Of a DNA stretch of 64,000 nt, positions 13,644 to 24,308 are shown one piece after another (the stretch's first letter is position 1; each line of letters opens with the position of its first letter). Below the pieces are notes generated by a model. That model saw only the letters and a program-made list of their open reading frames with translations, was not told the origin of the DNA and did not search any database. This DNA comes from an uncultured Planctomycetota bacterium (GTDB lineage Bacteria > Planctomycetota > Planctomycetia > Isosphaerales > Isosphaeraceae), in assembly GCA_963823665.1 (NCBI GenBank), contig CAWGMQ010000008.1, positions 800,001-864,000 on the forward strand, written 5' to 3'. Made by a program: the position numbers and the translations under genes.

Positions 13644-13807
13644 TGTTATGCTTTGGTCGGTTGGTCTGATGACCGAGCGGAACCGCTGGATCTTGCCGAT
13701 CCGGTCGATGACTCTCGCTTGTCTTATCGACCGAATGGGCTTCAACGGAAGCCCCTTTTCTTCTCGACCCTGAAAGGGTCGTCAGCCATTCGTTTCGGAG
13801 TTCAACC
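13644..13807 (+). promoter_or_regulatory. Extended -10 promoter (TGtTATGCT) and multi-hairpin 5' leader of the RRM gene
   Basis: TG at 13644-45 and TATGCT at 13647-52, followed by several stems between 13676 and 13792 (see findings). Confidence 0.5.
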
Positions 13808-14170
13808 GTGGGTAAGAAGCTGTATGTGGGCAATCTGACTTACAACGTCAACGAGTCCGACCTGGAGGCGTTATTCTCGCCGTTCGGGTCGGTCCAGAGC
13901 GCACAGGTGATCGTTGATCGGGACACGAACCGATCCAAGGGGTTCGGGTTTGTGGAAATGGGCTCCGACGCCGAGGCTCAGGCGGCGATTCAAGGTCTCA
14001 ACGGACATGATCACGACGGCAGGAACTTGACGGTCAACGAAGCCAAGCCACGGGAGGAGCGTGGGGGCGGCGGCGGTCGAGGCGGCTACGGCGGTGGTGG
14101 CGGAGGAGGTCGGGGCGGCTACGGCGGCGGCGGTGGCTATGGAGGTGGTGGTGGCGGTCGGCGTTATTGA
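13808..14170 (+). CDS. RNA-recognition-motif (RRM) RNA-binding protein with Gly/RGG-rich tail
   Basis: RNP2 'KLYVGNL' and RNP1 'KGFGFVEM'; GGAG RBS before the GTG start. Confidence 0.95.
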   Translation: MGKKLYVGNLTYNVNESDLEALFSPFGSVQSAQVIVDRDTNRSKGFGFVEMGSDAEAQAAIQGLNGHDHDGRNLTVNEAKPREERGGGGGRGGYGGGGGGGRGGYGGGGGYGGGGGGRRY

Positions 14171-14191
14171 GCATTCGATACTGCCGCAGGG

Positions 14192-14221
14192 TCAAGAAGC
14201 CTTCTCAACGGGGCTTCTTGA
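14192..14221 (+). terminator. Probable intrinsic terminator hairpin after the RRM gene
   Basis: tcaagaagcc (14192-201) and ggcttcttga (14212-21) form a 10-bp inverted repeat. Confidence 0.6.
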
Positions 14222-14327
14222 TCGACCTGCCCCATAACCGGTGCTTTCTGCATCTGCCTGGGACTTCGGCTCATGGCTGCGCCGATTCATGACGCACGAG
14301 CATTCGGTCACTGCAAATAATTTTAAA

Positions 14328-14359
14328 TTGACTATATCATATTGTTTCAATAGTATAGT
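14328..14359 (+). promoter_or_regulatory. Sigma70-type promoter overlapped by an AT-rich inverted repeat (putative ArsR operator)
   Basis: TTGACT (14328-33), 17-nt spacer, TAGTAT (14351-56). Imperfect palindrome actata-tca-tattg-ttt-caata-g-tatagt (14331-59). Confidence 0.55.
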
Positions 14360-14549
14360 AAGCGACAATATACAAGCTTGGCGGGCAGACTTTGACACCG
14401 GGATGCTTATTCGCCGGGTGCCGGTGGTCTGTACAAGCCGCCCCTCGTATCTTCCAGCGCAAATGGAATCCGGGCTCAACGCCCCCGACGGACAGGGTGA
14501 TGTATTGCCCTGCCTCCATCCCGTCACACCTCTTTGGAGACAGAATCCG

Positions 14550-14891
14550 ATGGCAACGGCAACCCTCAAGATGAAGAAGGCGACGAATTCTGCACTGGCC
14601 ATGAACGAGACGCTGCTACGTACAAAGACCTTTCAGCGGGCAGCTAATCTGCTCAAGCAAGTCAGCGACCCGACCCGAGTCCGGCTCATCACAATGCTTT
14701 CCGAACGTGAGCACCATGTCGGGGGGCTATGCGAACATTTCAACATGAGCCACCCTGCGGTGAGCCACCACCTGGCGCTGTTGCGGCACGGGGGAATCGT
14801 CGAACGTCGCCGCCAGGGCAAGAACAACTTCTACACCCTTACCGACACCGGCTATCGGCTTTCCAATGTCGTGAAAGCCGTGATCCGTTGA
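14550..14891 (+). CDS. ArsR/SmtB family transcriptional regulator
   Basis: 'SDPTRVRLI...HVGGLCEHFNMSHPAVSHHLALLRHGGIVERRRQGKNNFYTL' winged HTH; GGAGA RBS at 14536-40. Confidence 0.9.
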   Translation: MATATLKMKKATNSALAMNETLLRTKTFQRAANLLKQVSDPTRVRLITMLSEREHHVGGLCEHFNMSHPAVSHHLALLRHGGIVERRRQGKNNFYTLTDTGYRLSNVVKAVIR

Positions 14892-14982
14892 GATGCCATC
14901 CTGGGCTCCTGTGTGTGCCCCTTTCTCATCGACTGAGAAAGCAATCAACGGATCGACAAATCTTTGACGCAAGGAGATCAGG

Positions 14983-15291
14983 GTGGGGAAAAAATTGTAT
15001 GTTGGAAATTTGACCGATGCGGTGACTCATTCCGATCTGAAAAAGTGGTTCACCGCTTTCGGGACCGTGCAGAGCGCTCAGGTGATTCAGGATCGTGAGA
15101 TGGGAGGGAGCAAAGGATTCGGTTTTGTCGAGATGGAGACCGACGCCCAAGCTGAGGCTGCTATTCAGGGACTCAATGACCACGAACACGACGGACGGCG
15201 GATGGTGGTGAGCGAAGCCAAGCCACGGGTAGCCCGTACCGTCCGTTTGGAGGGTGGCAGCGCTGGCGGCAGTGGTAATGGACGTCAGTGA
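14983..15291 (+). CDS. Second RRM RNA-binding protein
   Basis: 'KKLYVGNL' and 'KGFGFVEM'; paralog of 13808-14170; AGGAG RBS. Confidence 0.92.
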   Translation: MGKKLYVGNLTDAVTHSDLKKWFTAFGTVQSAQVIQDREMGGSKGFGFVEMETDAQAEAAIQGLNDHEHDGRRMVVSEAKPRVARTVRLEGGSAGGSGNGRQ

Positions 15292-15576
15292 TCCCTACGA
15301 TACCGCCGATCGGTCCAGTCACACGCAAGCCGAATCAGAGCAGGTGGGGCGAGTCCTCTATCCCGGCGTTCATTCGTGAGCAAGACGAAATCGGGAAGTT
15401 AATTCCGGCCTGTTCCTGAGGGGCGACACGGGCCTGGCTTGTCGTCGACCGGCGCTCTATGCCGTTAGCTTTCTTGCAACCCTGACGGTTGTCAGAGCCA
15501 TGGCGAAAGGGCTATTCTGGATAGGGATCGACGTCCGGTCGATGTTCGCGCTCAAGCATTCACGGATCGACAGGCC

Positions 15577-18500
15577 ATGCCCACTGACGACTCGACAAAT
15601 CCTCCGCTTGCGGAGAGCGCCGCTGCGAGTGAGCCGATTGAGCGCAGGTTTTCGCGAAGGTCAGGACCGGTCGATCACGGCATAGGCCGGCGTCGCCCTG
15701 CGCTCGCTCTCGTGGGCGTGACCGTCGCGGCGACCGTCGTACTCATGTCGATTGCCCTGGCGGGCTTTAGTGCTTACAGCGAATGGCGGCTCGGCCGCGT
15801 CGTGCTCACGACAGATGGCCCCGCCCTTGTCGGTCAGGTATTGGCCGAAGCAACCGACACCACGATCGGTGAGCGATTCTCGATCGGTCCGTACGCTCCG
15901 CTTGCCCTGCCGGCAGGAGACTATCGTGTGCGCGTACAGGATCGCGGACGGATGAGCCAGACCTACCGTGTGGCCTTTAACCGCGGCGAGGTGCGGACGC
16001 ACCGGTTGACACTCTCCGACGGCCGCATGAACTTTAGCGAGAATATCCCCTTCTCGCGCGTCGTTGCGGTTGAATTGACTCCCGGCAAAGCAGACTTCAT
16101 CGAATGGACCAACGGAATCATGATTCGCCGCGACGGCGCGACGGGCAAGCCGATCTGGGACGTCAGCAGGCCGCGCGCCGCCTGGCAGCCCGGTCGCGAT
16201 CCGACCGAATTGCTCAATCGCCTGGCCCGTGCAGGCTACGCGAAGTTACCGCGCGGGCTGGTCGAACCCGCACCTGACTTGAATCACGACGGCACGCGCG
16301 ACCTTGTATGGCCCATTCACGGGCCCCCGTCGTATCTGGCTCTTTCTGGCGTGGACGGCTCACTCCTCTGGACCGACCGGGGTACCGGCGGGCCGGCGCT
16401 GCCGCGAGTGAACGAGCAACCGGCGCGAGTGGGGCAAATCATCGGCAAGCCGGTCATCGCGGACGTCGATGCTGATGGCTGTCCGGACCTGATTGCGAAA
16501 TTCCAGGTCAGCGAACATCCGTACGACGACGACGCACTGCTCGAAAGCCTCACGGAAGGTCGTCGGGTTATCGTGGCCGTCTCGGGCCGGTCGGGAAGGG
16601 AGCTTTGGAATCACGTCATTGACCAGAAGACGGTGGAACTACCAGCGACGACGCCTGACGACGGCATCTACCACGTCAGAGCACCAGAGGGCTCACTGGT
16701 GGCATTCGTCGATCAATCGCGGTGGATCGGGCTCGATTTGAAATCTGGCCGTCCAGGAAACCTGGCGATCGATTTTGGGTTCGCGCCGGTGCCGCCGATC
16801 GAGCACGTCGATCTCGACGGCGATGGGATCGCCGAGGTTCTCGCGCTCAAGAAATGGGCCGGGAACGAGCCGCTCACGGCTCCCACATTGGTTGCGTTCT
16901 CTGCGACGTCGGGTAAGCGACTGTGGAAAAAGGAACTGCTGACGTTCTACCGTCCCATGCCAAGACCAGCAACGAGAAGCTGGCCGCTCGCCGCGGACCT
17001 TGACGGCGATGGCCGTTGCGAGATTGTAGTTCCCGATTTCGACGGGAACCGTTCGTATACCGGCTCGCGCTCTTCCGGGGGCATTCAGTTGGTCGATGGC
17101 GCAAGTGGAGAGCGCCGCTGGAGCTGCCCGATCTGGCCGGGAATGGACTACGCTTATGACGGCCTCATTCACTTACTCAAAGCGCCTGATCTTGATGCCG
17201 ACGGCACGCGCGACTTGATCGTCGTATCTCGCCATACCGGCGGCCTTCGGCGCGAGCGGCCGGCGTATTTGAGGCAACAGCGCGAGCCGAGCCGCATCTA
17301 CGTCGACGCCGTTTCCGCCAAGACTGGAGCGAAACTCTGGCACTGGCGGACGGACGTCGATCATGGCGATTACACGCCCGTGGGCGCTCCCTTCTGGTGG
17401 GGCCGTGGAAGAGACGGCTGGCCGATGCTCGGTCTGGCGATTGGCTCGAGTGACAGAGCGAACGTTCAATCGCCGTTCATGGCTCCCGACCTGCCGGTTG
17501 TGCACATCATGGCCGCATCAACCGGTCGCGAGCTTCATGCGATCGAGGGCCTCTCCTCGCCCGCAACGGCCGATCTCGACGGCGACGGCCTCGCCGATCT
17601 TTGGGGCGAGCTGGGCGGCAACGTCTGTGCGTTTCGCGGGCTCGCCGCAGAGTCCTGGCGTGCGCTCGGAGGCTTCCAGCCGGCCGGCGACCTGGACGGC
17701 GACGGCCTCGCCGACGTCGTCAACAACGACCTCGGGCGGGAGGAGAACGCTACGGACGAGCGCACCGACAGCCGGACCGTCATCACCCGAAGCGGTCGCG
17801 ACGGCAGGTTGCTCTGGCAGGCACCGCTCGAACAGTGGGAGGACTGGTCTAACTGGAACAATGTGACAGGTTCTTATACTATCGTGCCCTTAAAGCTCCC
17901 CAACGGCGATCTGGATGGTGACGGCATTCCCGACCTGATCGCACAGCGCTCCATGTGGGGTTCGCCGCACAGTTACGAGCGCGCGGCGGGCCTGGGATTG
18001 CGGGCTCTTTCGGGACGCACAGGACGCCAGCTCTGGTCCTCCGGAGCGCTCCCCTATATCGCCGTGACCCCCTTCGGCAACGCCGATATCAAGGCCATGA
18101 CAGCCTTCCGCGGCGATCATCGAGGAGGTACGGATCTGTACGTGCGGCATCTTCTCTTCATGCCGGGAAGCGTGCCACCGCTTTCTGCAATGGAACGAGA
18201 ATCACGAATCGCACGGGTTTCGGGTCGCGACGGCCGCGTTGTGTGGGACGTGCTCCTCGCGGATTACCGTGGGCAATTTGGCAGGCCCGTCCATTTCGAT
18301 CAGCAGAGTGCCGACCTGGACGGTGACGGTGCGCTCGAGTTGGTGCTTCCGGTCGAGAGCGGCGCAGCCGCGGGGATCGGTCCGCCGGAGCTGCGAGTTT
18401 TGTCGGCCGCCACCGGTGAAACGCGCTGGAGCCATCCACTCGACTCGCGCGCGGCGGGCTCGCTGCGTTCGTGGTCGGGGATCTCCAGGGCGATGGTCAT

Positions 18501-19835
18501 TCGGAGGTCGTCCTCAGCGAGCAGTCGTCCATGAACGATGAGACCATCCAGCGGGTGGCTGCTCTCGACGGCGCGACCGGCAAGCCGCGCTGGGTTTGGC
18601 ACGGGCGCCCCATTGCCGAAGCCACCGGCGAGAAGCCGGCGCTCTGCCTGGCCGATCTTGATGGCCGCGGCCGGCGCGACATCTGCGTCGGTTGGGGTTC
18701 GGGAAACACGCGCATGGAGGTCATCGATGCCGCTGGTAAGAGCCGCTCGAGCTGCGAGCTGTCTGCTGAGGGTCCAATCGAGCTCACTCCAGTCGATCTC
18801 GACGGTGACGGCCGCGACGAGCTGCTCGTTCGCGGCTCAGGCCGCTTGCGTGCCCTTCGGGCCGACCTCACCGAACTCTGGTCGACGCAGGACGGCGAGC
18901 CGGTGCGTGAGATTTTGCCCGCCTCAACGGGGCGGCCCGCGACCGTCATCTTGAACACGGGGCTGGGGCTCGACGGCAAGGCGGGAACGCCGATCTGGTC
19001 GGTCGGCAAGGCTACGGCGATCTTGCCTGCCACCGACGGCAAAAGTCTGCCGCTCGCACTCGAGGGTCCGGACGGCTCGACAATCTGCCGCATGGCTCTG
19101 GCGACCACCGACCAGGGAAGCTACGCTCCTGCCCTGGGCGTTCCCGCCCGGCCTGCTTCCCCACGCGACGATCCGCGCTGGGAGCGCCCGCTCCCGTGGG
19201 TCGCCCAGGTTGAGCCCGTCGCCGATCCGGTCGTGCAGCTTGCCCTTGCGGCTACGTTGTGCAATATCTGCATTCCCTGGTCGATCCTCTGGCTGGCCAC
19301 GCGCCGGCGTTTCTTCAGTGTGCGGCTGCTCATGGCCATGCCGGCAGCCGTGGCGATTGCGCTCACCGGCTCCATGGCCGTGATCGAGATTCTCCAGAGC
19401 CAAAACCCGCCCGGCCCCGGGATCGGCTACTGGATCCGGTACACGCTGCTATTGTCGCTTGGTGGCTTGCCGATCGCGGCCTGTGCGTATGCAGTCGGCT
19501 CATCCCTCATCCGCCGGCGCTGGCGTACGGTGGGCCTCCTGGTCGCGCTAGCCGGGCTCGCGGCCATCGTGATCGGGGCGTGCATGTTCGGAGTCGATCA
19601 ACTTGGGAGGGGGTCGATCGAGCATTACGCCTGGTCGGGCTGGCATCATGCAGGCTATTGCGGTTTCTACGCAGTTGGCGCCGTGTCCGTACTCAGTTGG
19701 CCGGTGCGGTGGTTGAGTCCACGGCTCGTGCAGCTTGCCCGCCGGTACCGCGCGGTTGTTCGATCGACACGCGCAAGAGCTGACGGGCACCCCTCCGCAC
19801 CACCCGCTTCCCCTGGCGCATCAATCAAGCTATGA
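15577..19835 (+). CDS. Membrane-anchored FG-GAP/PQQ-like beta-propeller protein with C-terminal TM helices (one apparent frameshift near 18462)
   Basis: N-terminal TM segment; many DLDGDG motifs alternating with 'SGRxGRxLW'; hydrophobic helices at the C-terminus. ORFs 15577-18534 and 18471-19835 join. Confidence 0.8.
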
Positions 19836-19954
19836 TGCATGCACATCGAGCGACCCAAAGTTTCTCGAGCACGACGCTTCGATTGAGAATCCCACGCGGG
19901 TATGGAACACCCAAACGGTTCTCCCGGCGCTCCGTGGGAAAGGACCTTGCGCGC

Positions 19955-22172
19955 ATGAATCCCAAGGCATGCTCCCTATTGAGTACACTGCGATCCGCAT
20001 TGCGACGTCCAGCGCGGCGGGCTCGCGCGTGTCTCTCGCCGGGGCTCGAGCCACTCGAGCGCCGCGTGGCGCTCACCACGTATACGTGGTCGGCGCTTGG
20101 TGACGCGACGACCTGGAACGATCCCAACAACTGGACTCACTACGACCCCAATCTCAGAGCCCAGGAGCCCGGCACACCGACGGCCTACTCGGATGTCGTG
20201 TTTCCACCGCAAGCGATCTTGCCGAAAGGTTCGTCGGCGACCATCAATTTCAACTTCACGTTCCTCAACATGCCGCTGGATTCCCTCACGATCAACGACT
20301 CCTACACCTTCACCGGCACGCCTGTGACGATCGAACAGTCGCTGTCGCTCAATAATCCGTTCACGTCGGCACGCAATGGCGCTGTAACGGACCTCGAGCT
20401 CTCCGGCATGAATCTCGCCCCCGGCGCCACGATCTACACCCAGACCGGCAGCACGCTCCAGCTTGGCACCGCGGCTTCGCCGACCGGGTTTCTGTTTGGT
20501 CTTCAGGGTCCGATGACCAAGACGGGCGGCGGTGCGCTCCTGGTCGACACGTCGAGTATCTCGTTCCCGACCACTGCGCTTCGACTGCCGGTGCCGGTCT
20601 CGGTCGCGGGCGGGTCGATGACGCTCGGCGAAAACGTCACGTTGAACGCCGTCAACTTCGATGTCTCCCCGAACGCGAGCCTGATCATTGCCGACGACGT
20701 CGCCGCGGGCGTTCGCTCTATTACGGGAACAGGGTACGTGAACCTCGCCGGAACGACCGCAGCAGGAGACACGACAAGCCTGTCCATCCTCGTTCCCATC
20801 TCGAACACGGACGCCTTCGGCGGCCTGATCGCCGGCACCGGCCAGTTCATCATGGGCGGATCCGGTAGCCTCACCACCGGGTCAATCAATTTTCAAGGTG
20901 CAGGGGGGATCACCGCTGCGCGGGGCTCGTTGCAGGTGAATGGCACCATCAGCGCCGGCTCGCTCCTGGTCAATTCCACCGCAACATTTGGCGGATTGGG
21001 AACGTGGGCATTTTCCGGGCCCGCGGTCTTTCAATCGGGCTCGACTTTCCTGGTCACGCTGAACGGTACCCAGGCCGGAAGCCAGTACACTCAGCTCGTG
21101 GACACGAATGCCACGAGCGGCGTGGATCTGGGATTCAGCACTCTGGCGGCCTCCATTGGCTATAGCTACGAGGAATCAGATCTTTTCACGGTGATCACGG
21201 CGCCGGTGGTGCAGAACGCGTTCGGGAACGTCATCGGCGGCCAGGCGGTGCTCGACGGTGTTCCGTTCCTCGTCAGTACCGGGCAGACCGCGGTGAAGCT
21301 CGCACCCCTTCAGTCCCTCACCTCAACCGGACTTTCCAGCTCAACCACAACGAGCCATCCGGGACAGCCGGTGAGTTTCACGGCGAGCGTCAGCACGCGG
21401 ACCGCACCGGTTCTGGTGGGAACGGTCAGCTTCGTGCAAAACTCGACGGTGGTCGCGACGATTCCGATCGATGACGGCATCGCAACGTACACGACAAACT
21501 CCCTTCCGGTGGGAACATTTGCGTTCGCTGCGGTGTACGACGCAACCGCGGGAAACGTCGGGTCAACCAGCTCGACCATCGCGCAGACTGTGGTTCCGTA
21601 CTCAACCACCACGAGCATCGCGAGCAGTTTGAATCCCAGCGTCCTGGGGCAGACGGTCACGCTCACGGCATCGGTCGTGAATGCACTAGGGCCCGTGACG
21701 CGCAGGCACGGTCACGTTCCGTCAGGGCAAGAAGTTTCTGGGAACCGTGTCCCTGGGCGGGTCGGGAACGGCGAGCATATCGATCGGCTCGCTGCCGGTC
21801 GGCAACGCGCGAATCCAGGCTGTCTACAACGGAGTGCCAAACGACTTGTCGTCGGTGAGCCCGGTCTTGACGCAGAGGGTGGGCGCCCTCCCAACGGTGA
21901 CCGTCCTCAGCTTGAGTAGCCAGGTCAAAGCGAACGGCCAGACGCAGTATTTCCTCGTCGCCACGACACAAACCTCCGGCGCGATGCTTGTGCCCTCGGG
22001 CGCTGTCATCTTCCGCAAAAACGGGCGATCCCTCGGCAGCGCCAGGCTGAAGAACGGTACGGCGGTGCTGCGCATCAGCGCGAGGGCCGCGCAGAGCGGG
22101 CGGTTCGTCGCCCGGTTCCAGGGGAGTGCGCGATTCCTGTCCAGCACCTCTGGCGCGATCTCCGCCGGCTGA
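19955..22172 (+). CDS. Planctomycete extracellular protein: autotransporter-like beta-strand region plus Ig-like (Big_3-type) domains (frameshift near 21700)
   Basis: 'LEPLERRVAL' N-terminal motif; 'MTKTGGGALL'; 'GQPVSFTASV' and 'GQTVTLTASV' Ig repeats. ORF 21747-22172 continues the Ig domain. Confidence 0.8.
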
Positions 22173-22341
22173 GCTGCGGTGGCGGCCCACGGTGAAATCG
22201 CGGCGATCGGCGCCCTGACGTGCGCCGAATCTCATAAGACACTGCACTCACGTCAAGGAATGGGCAGCCATGTACTCCGCAAGCCGGCTGGGTTAGTCTG
22301 TTAGCGACAGGCATTTCCCGTTCCTTTGCCGGTCGGATGCG

Positions 22342-23901
22342 ATGAGCATGAAAGAGGCCTCGAGCCCAAGCCTTGGTGGCCAGCGCGCGTGGTGGAAGCG
22401 GTACGGCGTTGCGGCGCTGGCGGTCTTCGACGCGTTCGTGGTCTTGATCGCGTTTCCCACGCTGGTTCAGGCACCTGGAACGACACAGCTCTTGCTGTCG
22501 CTCGCGGTGCTGGTCGTGGCGTGGTATGGCGGGCTCGGCCCGGGATTGTGCGCGGGCGCAGCGATTCTCATCTTGACCTTACCGCGCGAGCTGACGACCC
22601 CCAACGTGATGCGCATGCTCATCTTCACGGGGCAATGCCTCCTGTGCAGTGCACTCATGGAATCGCTTCATCGCTCGCGCAAGACCGCGGTCTCCGAAGC
22701 GGCGGTGCGGCAAGCGAGCGAGCTTGCGCTTGTCCGCGAGATCACCGCACGCACAAGGCTCGAGGACGAGCTGCGGCGGCAGGCTGAAGCGCTTCGCGAA
22801 GCCTCGCGGCGCAAGGACGAGTTTCTCGCCATGCTGGCGCATGAGCTGCGCAACCCGCTGGCGGCCTTGAGCGGCGCCGCCGATATCGCGGCGCGTTCGT
22901 CCGATCCTGACGACCTGGAATGGAGCCGGAGTGCGATCCAGCGAAACATCAAGCAGCTCGCGCGGCTGATCGACGACCTGCTCGACGTCTCGCGCGTGAC
23001 CCAGGGCAAGATCGAGCTGCGCCGAGAACAATTCGAGGCGTCATCCGCGATGGAACAGGCAGTCGACTCGATCCAGTACCTGCTCGCAACCAAGGGACAC
23101 CAGATCGCGGTTTCCCTCGATCGGGGATCGCTGTGGCTCGACGCCGATCCCGCGCGGCTGCAGCAAATCGTCTCGTGCCTGCTCATCAACGCCATCCAGT
23201 ACTCCGAGGAGGGAAGCTACATCCGCTTGCGCGCATGCCGGCAAGACGGCGAGGTCTTGATCAGCGTCCGCGACCGAGGGCAGGGGATTCCCCCCGATTT
23301 GCTCCCTCACGTCTTCGATCTCTTCAAGCAAGGAGACCGGTCGCTCGCGCGAACCGAGGGGGGCCTGGGCATCGGGCTGACCATGGTCAAGGCGCTGACC
23401 GAGCTGCACGGCGGGACAGTCACCGCCTCAAGTGACGGGCCGGGCAAAGGAAGTGAATTCGTGGTGCGCCTACCCACTTCGAGAAGAGAACTGCCCAGCT
23501 CGCTTGAACCCAGCGCGATGCCCGCCAAAAAACGGAGTGGCAACAACCGGATCCTGGTGGTCGATGACAACGTCGACCTCTCGCGCGCCATGACCACACT
23601 GCTGTCGCGGTTCGGCTACGAGGCGCAGGCCGTCAACGATGGGCACTCGGCGATTGAAGCCGCCCGCGCGCTTCGACCCGAAGTCGTGCTGCTCGATCTG
23701 GGTCTACCGGGGATCGACGGTTTTGAAGTCGCGAGAAGACTCAGACGAGAGGAAGGCGTCCGCGACGCAACCATCATCGCGATGACCGGCTACGGACAGG
23801 AAGACGGCGGACTGTACTCGCGTGAAGAGGGGTTCAATCACCATTTGATCAAACCCGTCCAGATCGAAGCGCTCGTGGCGCTGCTGGAACGCAATGGCTG
23901 A
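22342..23901 (+). CDS. Hybrid sensor histidine kinase/response regulator with N-terminal membrane domain
   Basis: H-box 'FLAMLAHELRNPL', G-boxes 'DRGQGI' and 'GGLGIGL', receiver 'ILVVDDN...LLDLGLPGIDG...KPV'. Confidence 0.95.
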   Translation: MSMKEASSPSLGGQRAWWKRYGVAALAVFDAFVVLIAFPTLVQAPGTTQLLLSLAVLVVAWYGGLGPGLCAGAAILILTLPRELTTPNVMRMLIFTGQCLLCSALMESLHRSRKTAVSEAAVRQASELALVREITARTRLEDELRRQAEALREASRRKDEFLAMLAHELRNPLAALSGAADIAARSSDPDDLEWSRSAIQRNIKQLARLIDDLLDVSRVTQGKIELRREQFEASSAMEQAVDSIQYLLATKGHQIAVSLDRGSLWLDADPARLQQIVSCLLINAIQYSEEGSYIRLRACRQDGEVLISVRDRGQGIPPDLLPHVFDLFKQGDRSLARTEGGLGIGLTMVKALTELHGGTVTASSDGPGKGSEFVVRLPTSRRELPSSLEPSAMPAKKRSGNNRILVVDDNVDLSRAMTTLLSRFGYEAQAVNDGHSAIEAARALRPEVVLLDLGLPGIDGFEVARRLRREEGVRDATIIAMTGYGQEDGGLYSREEGFNHHLIKPVQIEALVALLERNG

Positions 23902-23905
23902 GGAA

Positions 23906-23935
23906 AACCGATCGCGGAGGCGCGATCGCGGTTTG
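23906..23935. terminator. Hairpin downstream of the histidine kinase
   Basis: aaaccg-atcgcg-gagg-cgcgat-cg-cggttt imperfect inverted repeat between convergent genes. Confidence 0.4.
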
Positions 23936-24308
23936 AAGCCGGAACCCCGTGAACCCGCAGGCACAAGTCAAGCACAGCGACGAAGAAAACCGGCGGAGAC
24001 TCAAGACCGGCGCGTCTTGTAATCCGCCGTGACTATTTCTATAGGAGAGCAAAGGGTCATACAAAGGATGCCTTATTCCGGCTCGGCCGATTTCGCCGGC
24101 CGTCAGGCTTCCGCTCGCAGAGGGTCGCTCGAGCGCGAGCTATTCGCAATTCAGTCGACTTGATGTCGAACCGGTGCAGGCCTCTCAAGGAGGCGATCGG
24201 GCTCCCAGCCGTGTCCCGCCGAGCTACAGTCTCCCGGCGGGACGCGGCGGGAGTTTTTCTGTGCGCAATCCAGCGGATCGCCGCGCCGATATTCCTGTTG
24301 CCGAACCC

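Noticed and set aside
13666..13700. CTGATGA followed by a stem, resembling a hammerhead ribozyme core
   Set aside because: The required GAAA after stem II is absent (sequence continues atct) and no stem I/III arrangement is evident.
14241..14549. N-terminal extension of the ArsR ORF in the ORF track
   Set aside because: It spans the promoter and AT-rich operator; the RBS and domain start point to ATG 14550.
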